Part shown: in pieces, positions 19,056 to 32,000 of the stretch
How positions within the stretch are numbered: the stretch's first letter is position 1
Layout of the letters: the number at the start of each line of letters is the position of its first letter
NCBI GenBank assembly: GCA_973895155.1
Contig: OZ316898.1
Span: 13,546,330 to 13,610,329, forward strand
DNA length: 64,000 bases
Direction of reading: 5' to 3'
DNA from: Marsupella aquatica
Taxonomy: Eukaryota > Plantae > Marchantiophyta
Notes under the pieces: generated by a model
What the model saw: the letters and a program-made list of their open reading frames with translations, nothing else
Databases searched by the model: none
What the model was told of the DNA's origin: nothing
Position numbers and translations under genes: made by a program

Positions 19056-21633
19056 TTGGTAGCAGTCAGCAGTGCAGCTTCAGACAGTGATTCTGATGAG
19101 GACTCAGTGACCAGTTCTCCTCATCATCAGGTGGTTGCCCCTTTGTTGTGGGATATGGACGAGATGTATGGGGCTACAAAGGGCCCACGACGATACTCTG
19201 GTGCAGTTGGCACAATTGATCTGGATGACTTTATCCAGGAGTTTGATACGTGGTGCAATATGCAGACATTGTGTAACGCCGCATTGTTTACCCCTTTCAT
19301 GGCATGGAAGGGATTATTTCAGCATTTGAAGGGGCCACCCATGGATGACTACCATGAGTTTCGGAAGGCTCATTTGGTTGAGATTGAGGCATGGAGGCAG
19401 CATTGTCGCCTAATTACGTGTCCATCACCTATGGCACTAGTGCGGCTGCCCAACCCATTGCCACAGCTGTTGCCTCTTCTAGCAGCACTAGCCAGAGTGG
19501 CACACCATCCACCAGCAGCACTCCAGCAGCATCCACCGCTACTCCTGCCGGTGTGATTGTGACTGGAATTGGAGTTGCGCCAACATTTAACCCTGTGGTG
19601 GAATTCTTTGAGGTACTGAAGCAGAACTATCAGGGTGTGAGAACTGATAAGTTGAAGGGTCTCCAGGAGTTCCAACGCAAGACTGGAGAGCCTACGTGAG
19701 GCATACACACGTATGCGTAGATTGATCACTGTCACCAAGGGAGTGACAGAGGCTCAGGCAGTCCAGTTTTGGTATGCAATTATGGACGAAGAATTGCAAC
19801 GCAGAGTGAGAGATGTCACTCTGCTTAGGGATGCAGATCCCACATTAGTAGTTGTTTTCACCCTTTCTGAGCGCATTGAGCTCAATATGGTGAATGAGAA
19901 GGTGGTGACTTCTGGATTTGCCAAGGAAGCACCAAAGGCTGCATCTACATCCACACCACAACCTACTGCACGGAAGAGCCAGAGGGAGAAGCCTACTACA
20001 CGAGAGTCTACCAGCCAGAGACCTATGCCCTCTTATGCTGGACAACAGTCAGGATGTTGGACCTGTAGTGGGGATCATGCACAGAGATATTGCCCAGATC
20101 ATAGAGGATCAGGGGGAGCATCAGCGCCTGATCAGAGACAGTGTGATCACTGTGGAGCTCCTGGACACACCAAGGATAGGTGTTTCTCACTCCACCCTGA
20201 GTTACGGAGAGGAGGATCCCGTACACATGATCAGGGAAGAGGAGGAGGAGGTAGAGGTGGTGGACGTGGTCGTGGCATGCCACATATAGAGAGACAGGGA
20301 GGTGATGTTGCCCCTGCTGTAACCATAGATCCAAAGGATGCTAAGATTGCTCAATTGGAGCAACAACTAGCTGCCATGGCTAGTTCCCAGGTGAGACCTA
20401 CTTCTGGTGATGGGGCATCAACATCGTATGGACCTTCCACATCCCATGGTCTTTCCACATCTTATGGAGCTGATGGAGACCTTGCCACCATGGGATTCAT
20501 GTGTGGCACTGCACATATTGATGCATCAGCAGCTTTGACACGTGGGGCAGCCAAAGCTCTTGAGCCCCGAGGAGCAGTAGTGGAGTTAGATCCACAAAGG
20601 GGGGATGCATGTCGACAGACAAAGCTTCCTCAGTCTTTTACATTGTCAGAGACAGTTCAGACTGCCTCTATGAACCGGGTTCGGATAAACCCTGATGTGG
20701 GTAATTTGGCAAAAATCAGGTAGTGATGCAGCAGGGATGACAGGTACCTTGCTGGGGGCGGCTACTGCCATGGTACGCACCCCATTATTTTCAGTGACAG
20801 ACATGCTAAACTTGGGAGTTGGTCATACAGAAGTGTTCAGATTGGCAGCTACACTCTGTGAGGACACTCCAGTTGTTGCTTCCCATGCAGAAGCAGCTTG
20901 CAGTGTTGAAGCAGTGAAGACCATGCCACCTACTGCTACTAGTCAGACATGGCATGCAGCAGCAGCGAGATTGGTGGATTTACCAGCACGCCCTGCATTT
21001 GAGAGGACTAGGTTTAAACCTAGTGTTGTGTCATTGGATAATCGGAGTGGTATCTTCCGATTAGTTGGGCCTTTTGGAGCAGTATACCAGCCGGAGAGAG
21101 TGTTACTGGATACTGGTGCTCAGCCCTTGATGTTGGGGAAGTCTGCCATACATGGATTGGGATTGCATCCAGAGGTTTTGGAGAATTGTCCCTTTCCCAT
21201 TCAGACTTCATTGGGGGGACCTACACCTACACAGTGTATCACCAGGAGATCACTTGATTTGAGGATTCAGGAAGGTCATACCACAGATAGCTCACAGATA
21301 CAGGCGCGAGCTATTCTGACTAAGGCAGAGTCATATGATGTGTTGGTGGGATGTACAGTGCTCTACCCCATGGGATTTATTCTTGATTTTTGGGAGGAAT
21401 CAGTGTCATATAGACCTGATTGGCAGTCAGGAGATGCTCGATTGAGCAAATTGCTAGTGAGATTTAGTGGACCTGTGGGAGGCCCTAAATCCACACCATT
21501 GTCTTTGGCAGCATTCAGTGGTGTAATTGCTGGACCTGATGATTTGATTGAGGGTAATGCGCATGCAGCCGATGTTCCACCATTGGAGGAGTCTCATGAG
21601 GAGCACTGTACATCCCACCAACACATCACATGA
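19056..21633 (+). pseudogene. Element 1 gag and aspartic protease (frameshifted, stops)
   Basis: Zinc knuckles CWTCSGDHAQRYC and CDHCGAPGHTKDRC; protease VLLDTGAQP. True start probably slightly upstream. Confidence 0.85.
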
Positions 21634-21849
21634 CTCTGCCTTAGTCAGAATCCTGTTGGTAGTGTTGTGCCACCAGTGTGGGGCACTGCACAAGCCTTGC
21701 CACAGGTAGCAGCATGATTGGTACATGATGCATGGCGTCATGCTTTTACACCACAGTCAGGAGCAGAGCAATCTCTTGCAGATGGACTTGTGACTCTTTC
21801 ATCATTGGATACCACTCCTATTGCTTGGCAATATCCACTGGAGGGTGTT

Positions 21850-22790
21850 TGTTGGATCTTTTTGGTGGGATTAGCACTGGATTGGCTGTTGTTCTTCAGG
21901 CAGGAATTCCTGTGCGTCGTTATTTGTATGTGGAGTCAGATGAGACAGCACGAAGGGTCTCATTGCGACATGTGGCTATGTTGGTGGATAGATATCCACA
22001 ATTGCTGCCAGTGGATGCTGTTCGTGGTTATCAGCATGCACTACCTACTGATATTTCATTGCTGGGGGCAGATCATCTGCATCATGTTGGCCCCATTGAT
22101 TTGGTGATTGCTGGTTGGCCATGTCAGGGCCAATCTAGAGCTGGCGTTGGGCATGGACTTCATGATCCACGCTTTGCATTGTTTTGGGAGATGTTACGGG
22201 TGCTGCGTCATCTCCAACTACATCAGACACAGTCTCCAGCATACATTTTGGAGAATGTGCCATTGTTAGGTGATGATCGTAGTCAGATTGTTGCCAGTGT
22301 TCACCAGGTAAGGTCTTGGATTGGACCTGCTGTGTTATTGGATGCTGCACGTGTGGGTTCTTGTGCACATCGTCCACGCTTGTGGTGGACTAATTTGATC
22401 CCATGTGAGGTGCTGAAGTGAACATTTGACAGCATTCCACGCTCACCAGCCTTAGTGGTGGATGATATTTTGGATCCAGGGCGTCGTGCACAGGGTGTGA
22501 CCCAACCTGATAGACCTCCATTGGCAATGGTCAATGCAGTTGGGTGCCCACGTTGTGCATTACCCACTCTTGTAAGCCACTCTGCTTCATATGCATTCAG
22601 AGCAGGTGGCCCTGGACTTGTGTGGGACACAGCTCTCCAGCAGTTAGTGGAACCTACTGCTGATGAGAGAGAGTATGCTATGAGATTTTTGACTGGCACC
22701 ACTGTAGTTGCCTTTGTGTCAGAGGGTTTGCGGCGCCAGGTTCTTGGTCAAGCAATGGACCTAAATTGTTTGACTTGGATTATCAGCTTG
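21850..22790 (+). pseudogene. Element 1 C5-cytosine DNA methyltransferase domain (DNMT3-like)
   Basis: Motifs in canonical order: I LLDLFGGI, II YLYVESD, IV IDLVIAGWPCQGQS, VI YILENV, VIII HRPRLWWTN, IX EREYAMRFLTGTT, X RRQVLGQAM; one in-frame TGA at 22419-22421. Confidence 0.92.
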
Positions 22791-23129
22791 GGAGTAGCTG
22801 AACAGTTGCGGATGCGCTCTGTTGGAAATACTGATTGTCCCTTGGTGAGCTTGCGGTCCACTAAGACAGTACTGACCACAGCTAGGGGCGAGCAGACAGT
22901 CCATGGACCTATGGCAGGATTGGCCAATGGTGGACAGATTGTTGAGCACGAAGGGACTGCTCAATCTACTGCTAAATAGCAATCATCGGCTATATCTTCT
23001 ACCCTACAAAGAGATATTAGGGATTTGGTGGAGAGTTGGGAACCACAGCTTGGCCCTAAGTTGACAGGGGAGGAGAGATGTCGCATGCATCGATTCCTGA
23101 AGAGTTACTAGAATTGTTTTGCATTTAGC

Positions 23130-24539
23130 ATGAAAGATTTGGGGACATTAAAGGGTCCTGGTATTCAGATTGAATTGGCTAGTGATGCGCCAATCTTTCG
23201 TAGGTCGTACCGTTACAGTGACATGGAGAGAGCTCCGATTCAAAGTAGAACTCAAGATTTGTTGGAGGCTAGATTAGTGGAGATTTCATATGGGGAGTAT
23301 GCATCTGCCACAGTGATGCCAGCCAAGAAGGATGTGCATGGCAATTACACAGATAGGCGCATGTGTGGTGATTACAGACCCATTAATCGCCAGACAAAAT
23401 CTGATAGATATGCCATGCCCACACCTGAGGAGATCTTTGATGCTGTGGGGCATGCAAAGGTTTTCAGTTCATTGGATCTGAGGGCAGGGTACCATCAGCT
23501 TTCAATTAGGCATGCTGACAGGTCCAAGACAACATTCTGAGGGATTGATTCTTATGGCAAAGATCGTTTGTATCAGTGGTTATTCTTACCATTTGGGTTG
23601 AAGAATGCACCAGCTGAGTTCCAGAGAGTCATGGATCGAATCCTTGCAGGTTTGGATTTTGTCAGATGTTATATTGATGATATTTTGGTCTATTCTTCTA
23701 CTGTGGAAGAACATCAGCAGCACTTGCAGACTGTGTTGGAGAGATTGAGAGCACATGGGTTGAAGCTCCATCCTAGCAAGTGTAAGTTCTTCCAAGACCA
23801 GATTGAGTATTTGGGCCACACTATATACCCAGGGGGATTGGGTGTACAGCAGACTAAAGTGGAGGCCATTACACAGATTCCTTGTCCTACTGATGTGAGT
23901 AGAGTTCGTGCATTCTTGGGATTGGCGAGCTACTACAGGAGGTATGTTAAAGGATTTAGCCAACTTGCTAAACCTTTGACCATACTCACTAAGTTGGATC
24001 AGGAATGGATTTGGGGTGATGACCAGGAGCATGCCTTTCAGGAGTTGAAGCAAAGGTTGGCATCATCCCCTATTTTGAGAAGACCCATTTCAGGCAGACC
24101 ATTTCAGCTACACACTGATTGGAGTGGAGTAGGACTTGGAGCAGTGCTGACTCAGAAGGATGATGAGGGGAATGAGTTTGTTGTGGCTTATGCCAGTAGA
24201 TCAAACAATTCAACAGAGGCTAAGTATAGCTCTTATGAGGGAGAGTGTTTGGCAGCAGTGTGGGCTGTTGCACACTTTTGTTGCTACTTGTTTGGTAACC
24301 CCTTCACCTTGATCACTGATCATCAGCCTCTTAAGTGGTTAATGGAGTCTGACAAGCTTATAGGGAAGCTTGCACGATGGGCATTGTTGTTACAGGAGTA
24401 TGATTTCCAGGTGGTGCATAGGCCTGGAAAAGTGAACTTGGATGCAGATGGATTAAGCCGCAATCCATGTACCAGTCAGCAAGATGAGACTGGAGCCAGA
24501 TGGCATGATGAGTCAGATAAGGAGATGGTGCCAGGATGA
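23130..24539 (+). pseudogene. Element 1 reverse transcriptase and RNase H
   Basis: RMCGDYRPIN, LDLRAGYHQ, LPFGLKNAP, YIDD; RNase H TDWS...YEGECLAAVWA...TDHQPL...DGLSR; TGA at 23538-23540. Confidence 0.95.
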
Positions 24540-25870
24540 CATGCATCTGCCTTTCTTTGTTGGGTGCCAGTATACAATGGATCTGTGGACTTTACCTCAT
24601 TGGATGGAGTGGATGATGAGTCTTCAGATGTGGATGTTGGTGAGGTAACTTTTGGACAACAAGATATTCACAATGATGTGAGAGTGTTGGAATATCTGCG
24701 CTGTGGTTCTATTGTTGGCAGTGTTGATGCCAAAGAACATGACAGGGTTCTACAAAGAGCCAAGAGGTTTCGATGGGAGGGAAACCATCTTTTGAGAGTA
24801 CTGCATGATGGTAGGGTGTTGGTGGTACCAAAACCATCACAACGAGTACATTTGATGCGACATGCACACGAGGAGTTGGGTCACTTTGGTGTGAAGCGCA
24901 CTTATAGCTTGCTGCAGACACAGTATTGGTGGCGTGGTATGCACACTCATGTCCAACAGTTGATAGCTAAGTGTGTGGTATGCGATAGAGTGAGAGCATT
25001 ATTTAATGCTCCCATTCCCCAGTTGCACCCGTTACCGATCATGGGTTTGGGATATCGTTGGAGTTTGGATTTTGCTGGTCCATTACCTCTTACCCAACGC
25101 CATAATCGGTATGTTTTGGTCATGGTGGAGCACTTCTTCAAGTGGATTGAGCTAGTGGCGTTGCCAGATAAAGCCAGTGGAGGAGTTGTTGCTACATTTT
25201 TGGATCGCGTTGTCGTGATTTTCTCTTAAGTTATAAAAAAATTGTTTGTTTTAATATGCTATAGATTATATAAGTAATTTAGTAGTTAGATTATTAAATT
25301 TAAACTTTATTAAACTTCTTTAGCTATATTAACGGACTATAGTAGTTCCACCAATGCATATGAGTAGTTCCACCAACTACAATAATATTCACCAACGCAT
25401 AGTAGTTCTACCAACGCACAGTAGGTTCACCAGCGCATAGTAGTTCTACCAACGCACAGTAGGTTCACCAACGCATAGTAGGTCCACCAACGCATAGTAG
25501 TTCCACCAACGCATGATAGTTCCACCTACTAAAAGTAGTTTCACCAACTATGAACAGTACTAGCACACTCTTAGGTATTAGATGTTTGACACTTGGCCTT
25601 CATCCAAGTGCTTGGGCTTGATCCATGCCCTCTTGGTGTGCACTATAAATAAAGTGGTGAGGGGCACTCTCCCCTCATTCCGCAGTGTTTATCATTCAAG
25701 GGTGTGAAGCTCTTTTGTGCCTTGAACATAGTAGTGGGGCGTCCTTTGGCCCGGATAGCAAAGGAATGAGTGGTAGATTTATAGATGGGACCTTAGGGAA
25801 TAAGGTTTCTTTGGGAATATAGGGGTGGGGCGTCATTTGGCCCGGATAGCAAAGGAATAGGAGAGCCATC

Positions 25871-26086
25871 ATGAATCCAGGAGAGAGAGTTATCCCTGAT
25901 CTTCCCCTTCGTAATCCGTTTTTGATTATAGTTTATCTTTTAGACAAACCATCTATGAGGCAATATCTAACCTATCATTTTGGAGCTCAGTTTGCAACTG
26001 CTGTTATGGTTTCTAACGAGCCAATAATATACCCAGTGGTGTCGTACCGAAAGGAGTGGGAGTGCATCATCTTTGTCTTTTATTGA
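25871..26086 (+). CDS. LTR-encoded microprotein type A (71 aa, unknown function)
   Basis: Ungapped similarity to ORF 37805-38014 (13/48 identities: K..RQ...HFG..F...V..S..P...P...Y...W). Confidence 0.7.
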   Translation: MNPGERVIPDLPLRNPFLIIVYLLDKPSMRQYLTYHFGAQFATAVMVSNEPIIYPVVSYRKEWECIIFVFY

Positions 26087-26090
26087 AATC

Positions 26091-26296
26091 ATGGATCTGA
26101 ATAGGAGTCCGGATGATATTCCTGTTTCATTTTCTCTTGGAGATATTAGGATCATATATCGTAAGAAAACTAATTTCCGTGATGTGTTGGTCCGCAAGTA
26201 TGGTGAAGTAGGGTTTAATAGTATTTTAGTTTCACCTGAACCTTTCTTATACCCACTACCCTTGTTACTAGAATTATCATTTTGATTTTAGTGTAG
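26091..26296 (+). CDS. LTR-encoded microprotein type B (MDLNRSP..., ~65 aa; probable 1-bp deletion near C-terminus)
   Basis: Similar to ORF 36533-36736 (shared MDLNRxP; 14/36 identities in core). Current frame stops at 26285; restoring the A seen in the 3' LTR copy gives PFLIPTTLVTRIIILILV*, matching the homolog's hydrophobic tail. Confidence 0.7.
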
Positions 26297-26372
26297 AACT
26301 TATGAGCATGCAAGGTTAACTTCAAAAGAGCCAACATGCTCTTGCCAGAAAACAAGGTCACCCGGACATAAG

Positions 26373-26390
26373 TGGCGACCATACTGGGGA
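26373..26390 (+). promoter_or_regulatory. Element 2 primer-binding site, tRNA-Arg-like
   Basis: TGGCGACCATACTGGGGA 4 nt after the 5' LTR; resembles the complement of plant tRNA-Arg 3' ends. Confidence 0.7.
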
Positions 26391-26513
26391 ACCGCTGGAT
26401 TTGGAAGTTAGTTTGTGCATATTTGAGTTCTAATGGATGAAGAGAAATATGGGTTGGAACTTTGAGTTCTTAACTTGTTTATATTATTAAGTCAAGAGGG
26501 AAGAATTGCAATC

Positions 26514-29078
26514 ATGGGAACTGAGATGAATCCAACTGACATGGAGAGGTTTTCATCCTTGATTGCTGCTTACTTACATGGAATGAAGGAGAAGGAGATG
26601 GAGGAGAACAAGAAGAAGGAGTTGCTTGGTAGGACCACGAAGTACCTATACTCGGTTCTTACCAAGCAAGGAGAATTTGATGGGCGAAATGTAACCAAGT
26701 ATCTCAAGGGGTACTGGACGGAGGCTACAATTCATAAGATTGATGCAGAAGTTGCAATCAAGGAGTTTGTATCTTTAGTAGAACCTGAACTCAAGGGAAT
26801 TGTTACTACCTTGATAGATGGAGCTACTGGGGAGAAAGCATGGAAGGTCTTTGAGTTGAAGATGAAAGAAGAATTTCAGCTTGAAGATCCAGATCGAGTT
26901 ACTCAAGCATCTTTCCTTGATTGGGTGGCCGATAGAAGCAAGAAGTTGGGACCTCAAGAACTAATAAGGGAGTTTACGAAGAAGTTCAATCAGCCTCCTG
27001 AGATTGGTTCTGAAGTTATCAAGGTACAGAAGGCTACTTTACTTATCCGAGCTGCTGATGAGAAGCTTCAAGACGAGTTGGAGCTTGCTCTGGAATTGAT
27101 GAACCGAAGTCGTGGAGCCAGTCCACCAACTTGGGAGGAGATTGAGATTGCTGTGCTTAGGGTCAGCCAAAAGCATAGAAGAAAGAAGCTGAGTCATGAA
27201 GGTGCTCTACATGCGGTTGCACCTGTGACTTCTATGAGGAGAATGGAGAAAATAGAGTCAACAACTAGTAGGGGTGAGAAAAGCATGGACAAAATGGATG
27301 AGTTATCTGAACTCATGAAAAATCTTACCATTCTTGCCACCCAAGCCTTCGAGCAGATGGGAGGAGGTGCATCAAGACTAGCGTCAAGAGGTGGTCCAGG
27401 AGCCGGGAGTTCCATTGGCGGAGCAAGGAGTTGGAATTGTATTTGGTGTGATAGTAAGGAGCACTCAAGGCGTGAATGTGGGGAGCTTTCTGTTGCTCTG
27501 AGAGAGAGAATAGTCAAGTTCATTGATCATGATGGCATAAGAAAGCTTGCTTATCATGATTCAGGAGAGCTTATTCCAGTAAACACAAACAAGGGCGGTA
27601 TGAAGGTGTTGGTGGAGAGAAGAATGACTGAACATCATACTTCAGCCATTGCAGGAGCTTTTGGAGATCAGGATGAGCATGAAGCAGATGTTTACACCCT
27701 CTTTGGGAGTTCTTCGTCAATAGAGACAGACAAGAAGAGACTAGCAGAGTTTGTAAGGAGGAAGTCAGATTGGAGTGATCCAATGTTGATCTCTTCTTTC
27801 ACTGCAGAAGTGGGATCTCTATGGGATTCTATGGTAGAGGAGAAACGAAAGTCATCGGAACCTTTGGAAGAACGTGCCAAAGGAAAACAAAAGGTTGAGC
27901 CTGGACCCTCTATTTTGCAGCCATCATCAAGAGTCCCAACAAGGAGGAGTGTTCGATTTGAAGATAGAGGAAGTACAACAAAGGAGCCTACTTCGACTCC
28001 TTCATCCTCAAAGGAGATGGAAGTGGTAAAAAAAGAGAAGGTGGAAAAGAAAGGACCTGGTTGGGTCCTTGGAAGAGATGTTGAGCAGCACATTGCGTAT
28101 GATCAAGTTGCTGAGAAGTTTTGGAAAGCGGAGGTGAGCGGAGTCACCAATGAGGATTTTTTTGCTTGCATGAACTCCAAGGCTCAAGATGCATTACTTG
28201 CAAAAGTGAAACGAAAATGATTTTACAAGGAAGGACCTCATGCCTTGGGAATGGAGGTTTTTTCTGATGTTGATGAAGATGGAGAAGGTTCAATTGTTTC
28301 TCAAGCCAGTGTGGAGTGTGAAATGTATCAAGTGAATGCGGAGAAGATCCCTAGACCACAGATGCTAGGGTCTTCAACAAAGGAAGTTCCTGAACCAAAG
28401 ATGTCAGGAGTTGAGGTATTGGAGAGGTGGAAACCATTGGCGAAAGCAACAACAGGATTTGCAGTGACCCAGGATATGACAAAAATTAGTCGTGAAGAGG
28501 TGCTCAAGGCCTCACAAAGTGTGTGGGTCATGTGTGCTTCAGCTATGAAGAATCTTGATTCAGGAGACGACAAGGAGTCCATCTTGGAGCCGTTTTGGGC
28601 AAGAACTTGGTCAGTTGTGGAGGTAGAGCTTGTAGGAATGGAGGGCAAAGCTCGAGCATTGTTTGACACAGGATCTGAGGTGAATCTAATGTCAAGAAGC
28701 ATCTATGATCTTGGGCAATGGATGATTGATTATGATACTCAATGGTCTGTCAACTCAATCAATCGTTCAAAGAATATGCTTTGGGGAGGATGCCCTGGAG
28801 TATCAGTGAAGGTTGGCCATGTGATAGAACCAACTAACATCTTTGTGCATGATAGCTTGCCCTATGATCTCATTCTAGGGCAGCCTTACATTATTGAAGC
28901 TCGAATGGAGTACAAGGTCCTACCAGATGGCACTCATATGACAAAGGTAAGGAGTCGGGATGAATTGCGGGTTATCCAATTTCCTGTAGTGAAACCTGGA
29001 CATTGGAGGAATCGGAAGGAGTTGAAAGGACCTGAACCCAAGGAAGGAAATGAGGATTTCTGGAAGGCGTCTCGTTAA
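26514..29078 (+). pseudogene. Element 2 gag-protease (in-frame stop at 28218-28220)
   Basis: CCHC knuckle CIWCDSKEHSRREC; protease ALFDTGSEVN...DLILGQP. Confidence 0.88.
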
Positions 29079-32000
29079 GCAATGCGGGAGGGCGGGGCGC
29101 CATCGCCAATGACCCGTTGGTGACTTGGAATGTGAATAGTTTGTTGGCAAGCTCATTTGAAGGTGAAAGCTTGCATTGTCGAATTTCTTATGTGAAAGTG
29201 TGTGAAGCTACTAAAAAATTCAAAAAGAAAATTGCAAGGATTGAGGATACTATGCAAATACATGGATTGCTAGAGGAAAGTGAAGAGATTGAAGGCCTTC
29301 TAGATGAAGAAGGAGTAGAAGTGTTTTTGAAAGAAATAATTGAAGGTCTTTCAGAGGGAAAGCTCATATGGAAATCAATCATGAGCTGTATGGCGAGTTG
29401 TCTCAATTTGTTGAGGTCAACACCAAGTACAAAACAGTGGAAAAGAAAGTGAGACCAGCAGCAATTCCTTTACCTTTGGATGCTAGGGAGATTTTGGAGA
29501 AGGCAGGTAAAGAGACCAGTCTTAGAGATCAGACTAAGATTGGCCACAAATTCACGAAGAAGACCCTTAATCAACTAAGGATTGGTGATGATGGGTTGCT
29601 GACAAAAGAAGAGAGAGAAGAGTTTCAGCAAATGATTGGTGAGCATGGTAAGGCTTTTGCCTTTTGTCTTGAAGAGATGGGATGTGTGGATCCTAGTGTT
29701 GTTACTCCTATGGTAATTTTCACTGTCCCGCATGTTCCTTGGGACTTGAAACCCATTCTAGTGCCCAAGGCTTTGTTACCTAAACTTATTGATCTATTAA
29801 AGGAGAAGCTTTCCACTAGGATTTTGGAAAGAACAGATGCACCTTATTCTAATCGTTGGTTTACTATTCGTAAGAAAAATGGTAAACTTAGATTTATTCA
29901 GGACATGCAACCACCTAACAAGGTTACTATTCGCAATACTGGAATAGGACCTATAGTAGATGAATTTGCAGAAGAATTTGCTGGTAGAGCCATCTATTCA
30001 TGCGGTGACCTCTATTCAAGCTATGATCAGTTTCAGTTGGCTCAGAGTAGTAGAGATATCACCACTATGAGGACACCTTTGGGGCTACTTCGCATGTGTA
30101 TCTTGCCTCAAGGGGCAACCAACTCGGTGGCTCACATGCAGAATGCCATGAATAAGGTATTACACCGTTTCATTCCAGAGAAGACACAACCATTCCTTGA
30201 TGATATGCCAATCAAGGGATGTTTGGAGACAAAGAAAGATGAGACTATACGTGAAGATGACTTGCGACAATTTGTATGGGAGCACATTCAAGATGTGAAA
30301 GCAATCTTGAAGAGGTTGATTGAGGTTGGGCTCACTCTTTCTGGTGAGAAATCTTCATTTGGGCTTCGTGAAGTCCTAATTGTAGGACAAATTTGTGGAG
30401 TTGATGGGAGGAAGCCAAATGGAGGAAAAGTAGATGCAATCAATCAGATGAAAGATTGTAGGACAACTTCGGAGGTGCGAAGGTTCCTTGGTGCTTGCTT
30501 GTTCTATAGGATCTGGATTCCTCACTTTGCACATATTGCTGATCCTTTGGACGGATTATTGAGGAAGAATGTGCACTTTGTTTGGACAGAGGCACATAAG
30601 GAGGCTATGCAAAGGTTAAAGGAGGCCTTACTTAGCCCCCTTGTTTTACGTCCCTTATGCTATGATGGAAGACCCATCATTGTCACTGTAGATTCAAGTC
30701 CTGATGCTGCTGGATGGGCGGTAGGGCAGGATGATGAGGAGGGGAGAAGATTTGCAGCAAGGTTTGGAGCTAAGATCTTTTCAGCAAGGCAAAGGCATTA
30801 CCCTCAAATCAAGCGAGAGTTGTGGGGAGCAAGGATAGCCTTGTGTCAAGAAAAAGTCTACTTGATTGGAGCACAAGTCATTCTTGAGACTGATTGTTTA
30901 CCACTTTTAGGGATGATTGCTAACTGTGATACTCCAGACATTGCTATGCTACGTTGGATAGCTTTTATTAGGATGATCAACCCCGAGCTTCGACACATTG
31001 CTGGAAAAGATAATCCAGTAGCAGATATGCTTTCAAGAGCCCGCTATGATCAGAATGAAGTGGAGGCAGTTCAAGTGATGAATGGAGAGTTTGAGGTCTT
31101 AACATTTCGAGATGAGCTCTATTTTGGAGAGTTGCTCTTGATTGGAAGGTACCTTAGTACTCTTCAAAGGCCTGTTGAAATGATAGAAGAGAAGTTTCAA
31201 CAATTACGAAAGAAGGCTTACAAGTTCATGCTCAAGGATGGTGTTTTATGGAGAAGGTCTTTGAAGAAAGGACATGTTCCTTGTAGAGTTCTTGATACAG
31301 ATGAAGAGAAGAAGAGAGTCTTATGGGATTCTCATGATGCTGTTGAAGCAGGACATCGAGGAGTTAGAGCTACCTATGAGCGGGTTCAAAGGTGGTACTG
31401 GTGGTCAGGCATGTATGTGGATATAAAATCCTATGTTGGATCTTGTGAGAGTTGTCAGTATTACTCTAAAGTTTGGTTTAGAGATGAACTTAATCCCACT
31501 AGTCCTCTTTCTTTACATTTTCAGTGGGCAGTAGATGTGGTGCACATGCCATGGGGAATTAGGGGGGGCAAAGTACCTTGTCCTTGCAAGAGAAGATTTA
31601 TCTTCTTATGTCGAAAGAAGGGCTTTAACCTCTAACACTACAGAAGCAGTATGCAGGTTCATACTTGAAGACGTTATAGCACGTCATGGTTGTTTTGTGC
31701 AAATGAGAGCAGATAGAGGAGAGCTGAATTCTGAAGAGGCTACAGAATTTTTCGACTGGTTCAACATCAAGCTCAAACTCACTACTGCCTACAACCCGGA
31801 AGGAAATGGAAAGATTGAGCGAGGGCACCCACCGATAGTGAATGCCTTGGTGAAATCTTGCCAAGGAAAACCATCACTTTGGCCCAATCTTCTACCATTT
31901 GCTCTTTTGGCAAATCGAATGACATGCACTACCACAACAGGAATTACGCCTACCGAATTAGTCTCTGGACATTTGCCTTTGATGCCGATTGAGGAAAATG

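Larger units (their letters stand above)
25211..26368 (+). repeat. Element 2 5' LTR (1158 bp)
   Basis: Matches 32509-33312; contains a ~19-bp tandem array (AGTAGTTCCACCAACGCAT, ~25339-25548) and TATA-like CTATAAAT near 25643. Confidence 0.93.

Noticed and set aside
25339-25548. ~19-bp repeat array resembling a CRISPR array
   Set aside because: No unique spacers; it is a tandem minisatellite present in both LTRs of a eukaryotic retrotransposon.
26256-26285. LLLELSF as an LxLxL EAR motif at the end of ORF-B
   Set aside because: Probably a frameshift product; the 3' LTR copy and the homolog support a different C-terminal frame.
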